Shown here in pieces: positions 18,410 to 27,039 of a DNA stretch of 50,622 nucleotides. Origin of the DNA: an uncultured Veillonellaceae bacterium (GTDB lineage Bacteria > Bacillota > Negativicutes > UBA1444). The stretch lies in the NCBI GenBank assembly GCA_964579955.1, contig CAZOJA010000002.1:1-50622 (forward strand), written 5' to 3'. Below the pieces are notes generated by a model that was given only the letters and a program-made list of their open reading frames with translations, ran no database searches and had not been told where the DNA came from. Numbering within the stretch: the first letter of the stretch is position 1; each line of letters begins with the position of its first letter. A program made the position numbers and the translations under genes.

Positions 18410-19306
18410 CTACACTTTCTCCCGGATGTTCTTACCGAACAACCCAGCCGGTCTAAACAACAGAATCGCTATCAGGATAATAAAGGCCGCGGCATCACGG
18501 AAAGTCGAGGATAGAAATCCGCTTACCAGCGCTTCGATGACGCCAAGCAGAACGCCGCCGACCATTGCGCCCGGAATCACGCCAATTCCGCCCAAAACAG
18601 CCGCAACAAAAGCTTTGAGTCCGGGCATGATTCCCATAAGCGGGTCAATCGAGTTGTAGTAAATTCCCACCAGAATTCCTGCTGCTGCTGCCAGGCTGGA
18701 ACCGATTGCAAAGGTAAACGAAATAATTCGATCCACATTGATCCCCATCAACCGGGCTGCGTCAGTATCGAATGAAACGGCGCGCATGGCTTTGCCAACC
18801 TTTGTGTGGTTTACCACGTAAGTAAGTATAAACATCAAAGCTAGCGAAATCACCAAGATTACGATTTGTTGACTATTCACGACCAGACCGAAGAATTTAT
18901 AGGTCGCTGTCGAGAACAGTTCTGGAAACGTACGCGGTTGCGGTGTAACCAGAATCATCCCACCATACTCCAACAGCAAGGATACTCCGATCGCCGTGAT
19001 CAGAATCGCAATTTTCGGCGCACCACGCAACGGCCGGTAAGCTAGTCGTTCAATCAGCATACCGACGGTTGATGCAACCACCATGGAAAAAATTAGCGCC
19101 GGAAAAAAAGACATCTTAAAGTAGGTTGTGGCGAAATAGCCAGCATAAGCTCCCAGCATATAAATATCGCCATGGGCAAAATTGATCAGTCTGATAATTC
19201 CATAGACCATTGTATAGCCCAAAGCAATCAGTGCATAAATACTACCTAGCGAAATCCCATTGATCAACTGTTGGAACAATTGCTGCGTTAACGACGAAGC
19301 CTCCAT
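18410..19306 (-). CDS. livH: Branched-chain amino acid ABC transporter permease LivH-type
   Basis: 298-aa polytopic membrane protein. The RBS GGGGGA lies 7 nt upstream of the ATG. Confidence 0.88.
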   Translation of the reverse strand: MEASSLTQQLFQQLINGISLGSIYALIALGYTMVYGIIRLINFAHGDIYMLGAYAGYFATTYFKMSFFPALIFSMVVASTVGMLIERLAYRPLRGAPKIAILITAIGVSLLLEYGGMILVTPQPRTFPELFSTATYKFFGLVVNSQQIVILVISLALMFILTYVVNHTKVGKAMRAVSFDTDAARLMGINVDRIISFTFAIGSSLAAAAGILVGIYYNSIDPLMGIMPGLKAFVAAVLGGIGVIPGAMVGGVLLGVIEALVSGFLSSTFRDAAAFIILIAILLFRPAGLFGKNIREKV

Positions 19307-19323
19307 GTAGTTTCCCCCTTTTT

Positions 19324-19349
19324 GATGATTACTGCTGATGATTACTGCT
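19324..19349 (-). repeat. Perfect 13-nt tandem direct repeat (2 copies) in the livH 5' leader
   Basis: The plus strand reads GATGATTACTGCT GATGATTACTGCT. As RNA on the minus strand this is AGCAGUAAUCAUC twice, ending about 17 nt before the start codon, just upstream of the RBS. Confidence 0.9.
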
Positions 19350-19387
19350 GGTTACCGTGTTCCGTCAGTTTTACCTTCTGCGAATAG

Positions 19388-19423
19388 AAAAAGACTGCCC
19401 CGGATTCTATCCAGCTTCAGTCT
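19388..19423 (-). promoter_or_regulatory. Terminator-like hairpin inside the liv leader (candidate attenuator or riboswitch expression platform)
   Basis: The minus-strand RNA is AGACUG-AAG-CUGGA-UAGAA-UCCGG-GG-CAGUCU followed by UUUUU. It lies about 65 nt after the predicted start and about 80 nt before the livH ATG. Confidence 0.55.
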
Positions 19424-19494
19424 CGCGCCGATTCCCCGATGCGAATCTTCTCCGACGGAATTGACTTGAATAACCGCTTGCGTTTGATGTTGCT

Positions 19495-19523
19495 ATTATA
19501 TGAACACGCAGGACAAGTGTCAA
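19495..19523 (-). promoter_or_regulatory. Consensus sigma-A-type promoter of the liv operon
   Basis: The minus strand reads TTGACA (19523..19518), a 17-nt spacer, then TATAAT (19500..19495). Confidence 0.75.
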
Positions 19524-19595
19524 TATTGACCGGACATTTCTTGTTCGCGAATACTTTTTTCCTAACCAACGGTTGGTTTTTTACTAGAATAGTAT

Positions 19596-19627
19596 AAAAA
19601 CGGGGCAAGACCTTCGTCTTACCCCGT
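19596..19627 (-). terminator. Rho-independent terminator of the glutamate synthase operon
   Basis: The minus strand reads ACGGGGTAAGAC-gaag-GTCTTGCCCCGT followed by TTTTTAT. The 12-bp stem has one mismatch. Confidence 0.8.
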
Positions 19628-19813
19628 CATTGGGATTATTCCGGCCTCAATTGTGCTTGTCGGTTATAAGGCTGCCGGAGATACTTCTGCAATTTGATTT
19701 ACGATACTCAGCTCCATCTTACTTGCATAATTATAGAGCCAGTCTAAATTGTTGTCAACCGTTTATGTGATTTCGTAATATTTTGTTTTTCATCACGATA
19801 CGAATGTCGTAAA

Positions 19814-22135
19814 TTATATCACCTTATACATGTTTATTGCTTCTGCGTTATTGTACATCGCCCATATTCCCGATGGACAAATCCCGGCGCAAATGCCGCA
19901 ACCGATGCATTTGTTGGCATCAACGACGTACTCAAAGCCACCAGGTTCTTTGCTGGCAATGCGGGAAATGGCGTTTTCCGGACACGATTTCAAGCACATA
20001 TGGCAGTCGCGACAGGTACCGCAGCTAATGCAGCGACTATACTCCTCTCTAGCGCTGGGCAAATCGCAACTGTGACATTTTTTGAAATATGCAGTTTTCA
20101 AACGAGTCGCCGGAATTTTGCTTTTTTGTTCACCCTTGTATTTCGTTCCCGACAAGTATGCGTTGACCGCCAGTGCCGCCTGCCTGCCCATCCCGATTGC
20201 ATCAACCAATCGTCCAGGTTTGGTCGTATCGCCTGCGGTAAAGACCCCTTCTGCTATACTCCAGTCGCCGGCTGGTTTGAGACAACCGCGATCCATCTCG
20301 ATACCGTCGGGCAAGAAGCTCAAATCCGGACTTTCACCAATTGTAATAATTACCATGTCCCCTTTGATCAGTTCACCCGATTGGGTAACGATGCCAGACT
20401 CAGTTATTTCTTTTGTGAAAACCGGCCAAATCAGCTCGCCGCCGAGTTCCTGAACATGATCGATTTCCTTCTGATAAGCCGCCGGTCTTTGTACATCGAT
20501 GCATACAACCTGCTCGGCTCCCATCTGATAGGCGCCAACTGCCGCATCCATACCTGAGTTGCCGCAGCCGATAACGATGACTCGTTTGCCGACTTTCACT
20601 TTTTCCCCACGATTAACAGCCTTTAAAAAGTCCAGTCCTTTGACAATTCTTTCATGCCCGGGCCAAGGGATTACTTTGGTTATGTGCCCCCCTGTCGCTA
20701 CAACGACTGCATCGTTTTCATCGCGAAGCGTCTGGAATTTTTCCTTATCCACCATGCAATTGGTTACGAAGCGGACACCCATGCTTTGGATTCGCGTCAA
20801 CTCTTTTTCCAGCGTTTCATGCGGCAATCGTGAGCGGGGGATCACTTGCTCCATTTTTCCGCCCATCGCTTCATGGGCTTCATATACAACTACCGTATGT
20901 CCGTCGCGGGCCATTTGCCAGGCCGCTGATAAGCCCGCCGCACCGCCACCGATTACCGCGACCCGTTTTCCTGTTTTCACCGATACGGAGGGCAACTGGA
21001 CATCAGCCGAAAATGTGCCCAATCGGCCAATCTGGGCCGAAATGTCTACCTGACTTCGCGTACATTCGTCCATGCACAAATTCATGCATACTGCGCCGCA
21101 AACCGAACCTGGAAAAGGCGTATACTCCAGCACCAGGCGATATGCTTCCTCAACTTTGCCTTCTCGCAACAAGTTAAATCTTTGTTGCGACGGTATTGAC
21201 GCGGTACAGTTAAATTCGCAAGGAGCCATATATTTCATGTTTTCCCAGAACGGAACGCGCTGGCGATACTTACCGCTTGCAACCAAGCCGATCACTTGCC
21301 AGTCGTCATCACACACATCGCCAAAGATTCCGCCAGGTACCCATTCGGTTTTCCTGTATCCCAAAATATCAGCCGATGCCTTTTTCGGCCGCTCATCATA
21401 GGTCCATGGAACAACCTTGTTCCAATCTTGCCAACGGGTCAGCTCCGCCTGCAGTTCAGGCCGGCCGATATCCGCAAGAAACTCTGTCATGCCGCGTGAC
21501 AGATATTCGATGTCTTCCTGCTCCAACGGACTGACTTTTACATCTTTGGTTGACAGGCCTTGTCCAACACCCCGGAAATATAATTTTCCGCCTACCATGC
21601 CGACGCACGAGCGGTCTCCTACTACGGAAGCAATCCCCTCACTGTCATAACCGCAGATAACGGCGATTCCACCTGACATAAACTCAAACGAAAAGCTACC
21701 GCAGTTTTTAAGTACCCAGAATTCCGGTGCTGAATACAAAGGATCGTACTTCATTAATGATCCGGAACGAGTTCCTACCCTGCCGCCAACATATATCTTG
21801 CCTGAAGCGGCGCAATGTGCCGAAGTGTCTCCACCATCCCCTTTGACAATGATTTTTCCCCCAGCATTCAACCAGCCGACGTCGGCCGAGGCCGGTCCTT
21901 CAACGATGATTTCTGTATTTTCCAAGCACATGCAGCCTACACGCTGCCCAGGATTAGTTACCGTAAACCGAAGTTTTTTTCCTTCCGGATGCCATAGAGG
22001 CCCGCCTATATCATGTTGGCCCGAAGCCTCGATGTAAAAATCGGTTTCGCCGGTTTCCACTGCTGCATTGATTGCTTGCAGCAGTTCCTGCGTTGACATG
22101 CGTTCGTTATTCTGCAGCGTATTAATTTTGTACAT
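19814..22135 (-). CDS. Fusion protein: glutamate synthase GXGXG (GltB C-terminal-like) domain, GltD-like NAD(P)H/FAD oxidoreductase and 2x[4Fe-4S] ferredoxin domain
   Basis: 773 aa. The N-terminal beta-helix-like region has repeats (GPASADVGWLNAGGKIIVKGDGGD, GKIYVGGRVG). The centre has Cys clusters and Rossmann motifs VAVIGGGAAGLSAA and VIVIGCGNSGMD. The C-terminus has CISCGTCRDCHMC and CIGCGICAGICP. Confidence 0.85.
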   Translation of the reverse strand: MYKINTLQNNERMSTQELLQAINAAVETGETDFYIEASGQHDIGGPLWHPEGKKLRFTVTNPGQRVGCMCLENTEIIVEGPASADVGWLNAGGKIIVKGDGGDTSAHCAASGKIYVGGRVGTRSGSLMKYDPLYSAPEFWVLKNCGSFSFEFMSGGIAVICGYDSEGIASVVGDRSCVGMVGGKLYFRGVGQGLSTKDVKVSPLEQEDIEYLSRGMTEFLADIGRPELQAELTRWQDWNKVVPWTYDERPKKASADILGYRKTEWVPGGIFGDVCDDDWQVIGLVASGKYRQRVPFWENMKYMAPCEFNCTASIPSQQRFNLLREGKVEEAYRLVLEYTPFPGSVCGAVCMNLCMDECTRSQVDISAQIGRLGTFSADVQLPSVSVKTGKRVAVIGGGAAGLSAAWQMARDGHTVVVYEAHEAMGGKMEQVIPRSRLPHETLEKELTRIQSMGVRFVTNCMVDKEKFQTLRDENDAVVVATGGHITKVIPWPGHERIVKGLDFLKAVNRGEKVKVGKRVIVIGCGNSGMDAAVGAYQMGAEQVVCIDVQRPAAYQKEIDHVQELGGELIWPVFTKEITESGIVTQSGELIKGDMVIITIGESPDLSFLPDGIEMDRGCLKPAGDWSIAEGVFTAGDTTKPGRLVDAIGMGRQAALAVNAYLSGTKYKGEQKSKIPATRLKTAYFKKCHSCDLPSAREEYSRCISCGTCRDCHMCLKSCPENAISRIASKEPGGFEYVVDANKCIGCGICAGICPSGIWAMYNNAEAINMYKVI

Positions 22136-22147
22136 ACCCGCCTCCTC

Positions 22148-23782
22148 CTAACATGCGTAGGTGATTGACAATTTGTCAGCCACCGCACGGTCATTTGTTA
22201 CCAATGCATCTGAGCGCCCCACCGGTAGCGAGCTGTTTCCAACCGGCGCCATAAGCTTTTTGAACTCTGCATCAAAGGCAAGCATGTATTCAACGATGTT
22301 TTGCGCCGCTCGGTCTATATCGAGCCTTTTTACAAGACGAGGATCCTGCGTGCAGATTCCCGTCGGGCAAAGTCCGGTGTTGCACGCATTGCATCGACCC
22401 TTTTCATTGCCGACACAGCCCATTAGCTGAATCAGCAATTTCCCCATAAACACCCCGTTCGCACCAAGACATATCATTTTGAACGCATCGGCAGCTGCAT
22501 TGCCAGTCATGCCAATCCCGCTGCCGGCCCAGAGAGGGATACGTCCGGGACTGCCTTGTTTTACTGCCGACTGGTAGCAATCGCGCAGTTTCGATACCAC
22601 AGGATGACCGGTATGATCGAGCGACACTTCGTTTGCAGCGCCTGTTCCTCCTTGGATACCGTCAATGAAGAATCCGCCACAAATTTTGTACGGATCTCGA
22701 AGCAAGTTGTTATAAACGGAAACAGATGTCGCAGACGCAGCACATTTGATGGCAACCGGCACACGAAACTTAAAGGCAGCATTCATCGACATGAACATCT
22801 TTTGCACGGACTCTTCAATCGAGTACAGCCCTTGATGATTTGGCGGTGATAACAAATCTGCCTTAGGTACCCCACGAATTGCCTGAATATGTTCAGCGAC
22901 CTTCGCTGCTGGCAACAAACCTCCATCGCCCGGCTTGGCCCCTTGGCCAATTTTAATCAATATTCCGGCCGGATCGACTTTCATTTTGGGAAGTGCGCGA
23001 ACAATCCGATTCCAACCGAAATGCCCCGAAGCAATTTGAATAATACTATATTTCAGGTATTCTGACTCCATCAATTTAACTGGCATTCCGCCTTCACCAG
23101 AGCTCATCCTAACCGGCATATTATGCTTTTCATTCAAATACGCGGTTGCCAGTGAAAGCGCTTCCCATGCTCGGGTCGAAAGCGCGCCGATCGACATGTC
23201 GCTGAAAATCAGCGGATAAATCCAATGAACCGGCGGTACCCATCCCTGCATCCGAATTTCACCGTTTTCAACAGAAAATGGTAGTTCATGCGGTAACAAT
23301 ACTCGCCCGAAAGGCGCTAACACATCAAAGGTGTGGCGTTCTGAATCCAGCGAGGGGTCAGTCATTTGTGATATCCGACCGACAACAATCTTGTCTAATA
23401 CCCTGTCCGCATTGAGATTCGTGCGTCCTCCTCTTTTAAGCGGATTGCCCCCTGCTCTTCCCACTACATTGAGTCTGGAGTCTTCGTTTCTTACCGGTTG
23501 TATCGCGTTATTAGGGCAGACTTTTTCACACATGCCACACCCGACGCAAGCGTTTACGATTGAATTCTTCTGCCGAATTACCGGCACCGCTATGTGTCGT
23601 TGATTGGGTTCTGGTTGGTGTCCTGTCGAGACGGTAACCGAACGGCGTTCGATGCGTGCTTCAATGGCACTGAACGTACAGGCGGCAACACAACTGCCGC
23701 ACATCGTACAACGGTCTGGTATGTATTTGATTTTCCACGCCAGATCATTAAAAGTGACGTCTTGCGTTCTCACTGTTTCCAT
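22148..23782 (-). CDS. Glutamate synthase FMN/synthase-domain subunit (archaeal-type GltB domain 2) with N-terminal ferredoxin domain
   Basis: 544 aa with N-terminal CTMCGSCVAACT and CVGCGMCEKVCP clusters, then a TIM-barrel glutamate synthase-like region (IKIGQGAKPGDGGLLP, SPPNHQGLYSIE, DGIQGGTGAA). Confidence 0.88.
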   Translation of the reverse strand: METVRTQDVTFNDLAWKIKYIPDRCTMCGSCVAACTFSAIEARIERRSVTVSTGHQPEPNQRHIAVPVIRQKNSIVNACVGCGMCEKVCPNNAIQPVRNEDSRLNVVGRAGGNPLKRGGRTNLNADRVLDKIVVGRISQMTDPSLDSERHTFDVLAPFGRVLLPHELPFSVENGEIRMQGWVPPVHWIYPLIFSDMSIGALSTRAWEALSLATAYLNEKHNMPVRMSSGEGGMPVKLMESEYLKYSIIQIASGHFGWNRIVRALPKMKVDPAGILIKIGQGAKPGDGGLLPAAKVAEHIQAIRGVPKADLLSPPNHQGLYSIEESVQKMFMSMNAAFKFRVPVAIKCAASATSVSVYNNLLRDPYKICGGFFIDGIQGGTGAANEVSLDHTGHPVVSKLRDCYQSAVKQGSPGRIPLWAGSGIGMTGNAAADAFKMICLGANGVFMGKLLIQLMGCVGNEKGRCNACNTGLCPTGICTQDPRLVKRLDIDRAAQNIVEYMLAFDAEFKKLMAPVGNSSLPVGRSDALVTNDRAVADKLSITYAC

Positions 23783-24876
23783 CGTTGCACCTCCATGCCC
23801 GGCGTAATCAAGACGATTTCGCGTTCATTGGGATAAATATCCTTGCTTTCGTCACGGTCAGGCAATATCACATTCAAACCACAGACTTCCGACGAAATTG
23901 CCATCAGCTGCTTTGTTCCACCTACGACTACCGGTCTCAGTTTTTTTGAGTCACAGCAGGTCATGATGCTTCCGTCAGGTAACATGGCAATTACAGTATT
24001 CGGTCCGTTGATCTCAAGGTGGCCGAGTGTTTGACGGATTGCCGTCAACTCACGTTTGTCAGGCCGCTTTTCCATCTCTTCGAACGGTAGTGGAGTAATC
24101 ACATGTTTGTAATACTTGAGTGGCCATTTTAGTTCATGCAACACATAGTGCAACGTATATAGGAAATTTTGCGAATCAGATTCAAAGCCGATATATCCCC
24201 TGTGCAGTGATTTTTGATATTCTTTGTTTTTTGTGTAAAAGGTGTTCTCGCCGTTGGCACACAAGGTATATCCTTGCAAAAAGAAAGGGTGCGCGGCATA
24301 TCGGACAATTTCATAGTTGGTGTTCTGTCGGCATTGCACGACCACATTACGAGCCATCAAATCCCCTCTGTCCTCCCAGAGGCCAAAGTAGGTCGCGATA
24401 TCGCGCGGGTCGCCAATTTCTTTCAGCGTCAGTACATCCGGCCAAAACGAAAAAATATAGCCATGATCTTCTTTTTCCAGCATGGCGCGTAATGTCAGTC
24501 TTGTATTAAGCAGAATATCTTCTTTATGTTCCTTGCTTGAATTATTAAGATAGTCGGGATAGTCGTACGCAGTAAAAATATAATAAGGCATTGCTTTGAT
24601 GTCGAGTCCCGGTTGGTTATTCACTTTGGGAATCCACTCATGCAGTGGACGGAATCCGCTTTTGTCCATATAGTCCTGCACGATTTTGGCTCCTCTTTGT
24701 GTACAGGCCAGTGACATCAGAGGCTTATCCTTATAGGAACCGAATTCCCCTTCCAAGTCCTGCATGACCATGGCAAAACCGGAATTATCATGACCTTCCT
24801 GTTGTGGTAACATCAACGACAACGCTTTGGAGGCATGAACGGGATCAGCACTTTTGATTGCACCGATTCTACACAT
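23770..24876 (-). CDS. Class-II (Ntn) glutamine amidotransferase subunit of split glutamate synthase
   Basis: 368 aa. The N-terminal MCRIGAIKS has Cys2 as the Ntn nucleophile, and DNSGFA follows. It overlaps the downstream synthase-domain gene by 13 nt. Confidence 0.8.
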   Translation of the reverse strand: MCRIGAIKSADPVHASKALSLMLPQQEGHDNSGFAMVMQDLEGEFGSYKDKPLMSLACTQRGAKIVQDYMDKSGFRPLHEWIPKVNNQPGLDIKAMPYYIFTAYDYPDYLNNSSKEHKEDILLNTRLTLRAMLEKEDHGYIFSFWPDVLTLKEIGDPRDIATYFGLWEDRGDLMARNVVVQCRQNTNYEIVRYAAHPFFLQGYTLCANGENTFYTKNKEYQKSLHRGYIGFESDSQNFLYTLHYVLHELKWPLKYYKHVITPLPFEEMEKRPDKRELTAIRQTLGHLEINGPNTVIAMLPDGSIMTCCDSKKLRPVVVGGTKQLMAISSEVCGLNVILPDRDESKDIYPNEREIVLITPGMEVQRWKQ

Positions 24877-24922
24877 TCAAATATCACACCTTTCCCTTTT
24901 CTTTTCCTAATTTCGGAATAAC

Positions 24923-25048
24923 AAAAGACTCTGCAAAAAGCCCCTCGTTATGGGACCTTCCGCAGAGTCTTTTATACTCACGGTGTACGCTTGCGCGCTG
25001 TGCCGCTCGGTCCTGGCCGCCTCATCGCGCGGAACCCTAGGCACACTC
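24923..25048 (-). promoter_or_regulatory. ykkC-family riboswitch-like aptamer plus intrinsic terminator (candidate ppGpp-type subtype 2a)
   Basis: The minus-strand RNA is UGUGCC-UAGGGUUCCGC-gcgaugag-GCGGCCAGGACCGAGC-GGCACA ... ACACCGU-GAGU-AUAAAAG-ACUC-UGCGGAAGG. It then forms the terminator AAAGACUCUGC...GCAGAGUCUUU plus a U-run (24923-24973), which shares ACUCUGC with P3. Confidence 0.65.
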
Positions 25049-25095
25049 CCTTGATACGTTTGTGTTTTTAGAAAACACTAATCGTGTCAAGCTAA

Positions 25096-25124
25096 ATTAT
25101 AGGGATGGTTTCTTATACTGTCAA
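25096..25124 (-). promoter_or_regulatory. Consensus sigma-A-type promoter of the glutamate synthase operon
   Basis: The minus strand reads TTGACA (25124..25119), a 17-nt spacer, then TATAAT (25101..25096). It lies only about 20 nt downstream of the selB stop. Confidence 0.75.
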
Positions 25125-25144
25125 CACGTATATTTAAATGCAGT

Positions 25145-27037
25145 TTATTCTGACAAGTTCTTTAATGCCGGGCCGGGGCGGCGTTGGTCGCCATCGCGAA
25201 CCGTATAATTATTAGCATCTAGGTATTCCATTAACGGGACCGCCATTCTACGCGATGTGTTCAACAAGTCACGTAATTCGCCCACACTCAGCGTTTGGTG
25301 CTCAGAAAAGTGACGTTGAATGATTGAGCCAATGTATTGCATTGTATTTCTGTATACGTGTACTCCGGCTATCCTGATAATCATTTTTTCTCGTATCATC
25401 CGTTCAAAAAACGGCTTGATTTCCTCCATGGACCGGTTCATTTTTTCAGCCAGCCACTGCGGCGAAAGATCGATCAGTTCATTTTGAGGCACAATTTTCT
25501 CCAGTTGCTTTTTCAAATCATCTGTATTTCCCCCATGCTTTCGGGCATGTGAAGGGCTGGCAACATATTCTCCCTGGATAACGCATACGCTCTGCGCTAC
25601 GCAGTCACTAACAAACCAGTCGAAAATCCGGGCTGCGATTTTTATTTTTTGTCGTAAAGTTTCTTTTGAAATTCCAGGCTCCGACGGTTTGTATCGATGG
25701 TAATCTTCCAGGCATCTTTTCAGGCTTTGCTTGAATTCAATCATCTGTTCCGCTGCAACATAATAGTTTCCGGCCATTTTCACTTTTCCCTGGTTCAGCA
25801 GCTCTTGAACTGCTTTTTTAACTTTTGCCGCCTCCACATATCCGGCGGTTTGTAGCCACTCCTGCAAGCTGGGCGGCTTTTTCATCAATAATAGTAGCAG
25901 TAACAGCGTTGTTTCTATGTCTTGCTGTTTGCACGCTTGCTCTAATTGCAGCAGTAATTCGGTCCGACGACTTCCACTGTCTGCAGGACACAAGAGCGTG
26001 ACTCCGCCAATCAAGTCTTGCGGTGAAAATCTCCGCAACAGCCCTTGGTCGCCAAAAGCAGCCGAAATTGGTTTTTCCATATGTAGACGAACCAAAACTG
26101 GCAACGGGGCATTTTCGTTTGATTTCCTGAAAGATAGTCTGCCGATGAATTCACCTGTTCCTTGATGTAGTCTGATCCGCGTCCCAGAGGCATATTCTTT
26201 TTTCCACTGAATTGTTGCATCCCACACTTCAGCAGTATGGCAATAGCCTTCTTCACTAAGAAACATTCCACGCCCGACTTCCGGGAGCGTTACTCCGGAC
26301 AGTTTCAGCGAGGCGCGCTGACCTGCGCCAACCAGCTCGCGTTCTTGATTGTGTGATTCAATCTCCCGCACTTTAACCGCCAGATTGGCCGGATAAAGGT
26401 GCAGACTGGCCCCTGTTACGACACTTCCAGTCATAACGGATCCTGTTACGATAAGCCCATGCCCCCTTAAGTTAAAAGACCGATCAATCCACATCCGAAA
26501 GGGAGCGTCCTTATTGCGTGGTGAGACATCCTTGGCGACCTGCAACAAGGTTTGTCTGAGCTTTTCTATTCCCTCCCCGGATAAAGCCGACACGGGGCAT
26601 ATCGGTGCTGTCGACAGGAACGAATCAGCCAGATAGTGCCGTATTTCTTCTTCCACTAAAGCCAACCAATCTGCTTCCACTTTGTCAATTTTACTGACAA
26701 CAACCAGACCAGCTCTAACACCCAGACAACGCAACATATCAAAATGTTCACGCGTCTGCGGCATAATGCCTTCATCTGCAGCGATAACCAGCATTACCAT
26801 GTCGATTGCGCCGGTTCCCGCCAGCATATTTTTCAAGAATCTCTCATGCCCCGGCACATCAACAATTCCCAGCGTCAATGTTTCAGGATAGTTCAAAGCG
26901 GCGAATCCGATATCAATTGAAATGCCACGTTCCTTTTCTTCCAGTAGCCGATCCGTGTCAGTTCCGGTTAACGCTTTGATTAGCGCGGTCTTTCCATGGT
27001 CAACATGTCCGGCAGTTCCGACAATCAAATGCTTCAT
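25145..27037 (-). CDS. selB: Selenocysteine-specific translation elongation factor SelB
   Basis: 630 aa with a GTPase N-terminus ([31 protein letters not shown]) and a long winged-helix C-terminal extension typical of SelB. Confidence 0.93.
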   Translation of the reverse strand: MKHLIVGTAGHVDHGKTALIKALTGTDTDRLLEEKERGISIDIGFAALNYPETLTLGIVDVPGHERFLKNMLAGTGAIDMVMLVIAADEGIMPQTREHFDMLRCLGVRAGLVVVSKIDKVEADWLALVEEEIRHYLADSFLSTAPICPVSALSGEGIEKLRQTLLQVAKDVSPRNKDAPFRMWIDRSFNLRGHGLIVTGSVMTGSVVTGASLHLYPANLAVKVREIESHNQERELVGAGQRASLKLSGVTLPEVGRGMFLSEEGYCHTAEVWDATIQWKKEYASGTRIRLHQGTGEFIGRLSFRKSNENAPLPVLVRLHMEKPISAAFGDQGLLRRFSPQDLIGGVTLLCPADSGSRRTELLLQLEQACKQQDIETTLLLLLLLMKKPPSLQEWLQTAGYVEAAKVKKAVQELLNQGKVKMAGNYYVAAEQMIEFKQSLKRCLEDYHRYKPSEPGISKETLRQKIKIAARIFDWFVSDCVAQSVCVIQGEYVASPSHARKHGGNTDDLKKQLEKIVPQNELIDLSPQWLAEKMNRSMEEIKPFFERMIREKMIIRIAGVHVYRNTMQYIGSIIQRHFSEHQTLSVGELRDLLNTSRRMAVPLMEYLDANNYTVRDGDQRRPGPALKNLSE

Positions 27038-27039
27038 GC

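Noticed and set aside
19324-19349. The tandem 13-nt repeat as a possible CRISPR or minisatellite.
   Set aside because: There are only two adjacent copies with no spacers and no cas genes. It lies in a 5' UTR, so it is treated as a leader feature.
19564-19578. The palindrome AACCAACGGTTGGTT followed by T6 on the plus strand, as a possible plus-strand terminator or operator upstream of the liv promoter.
   Set aside because: There is no plus-strand gene to terminate, and the stem is too short once a loop is allowed. It could be a regulator site, but there is no supporting evidence.
19417-19608. 63-aa minus-strand ORF in the glutamate synthase/liv intergenic region.
   Set aside because: It spans the terminator and the perfect liv promoter, has no RBS, and has an unremarkable basic composition. 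The region is better explained as terminator, promoter and leader RNA.
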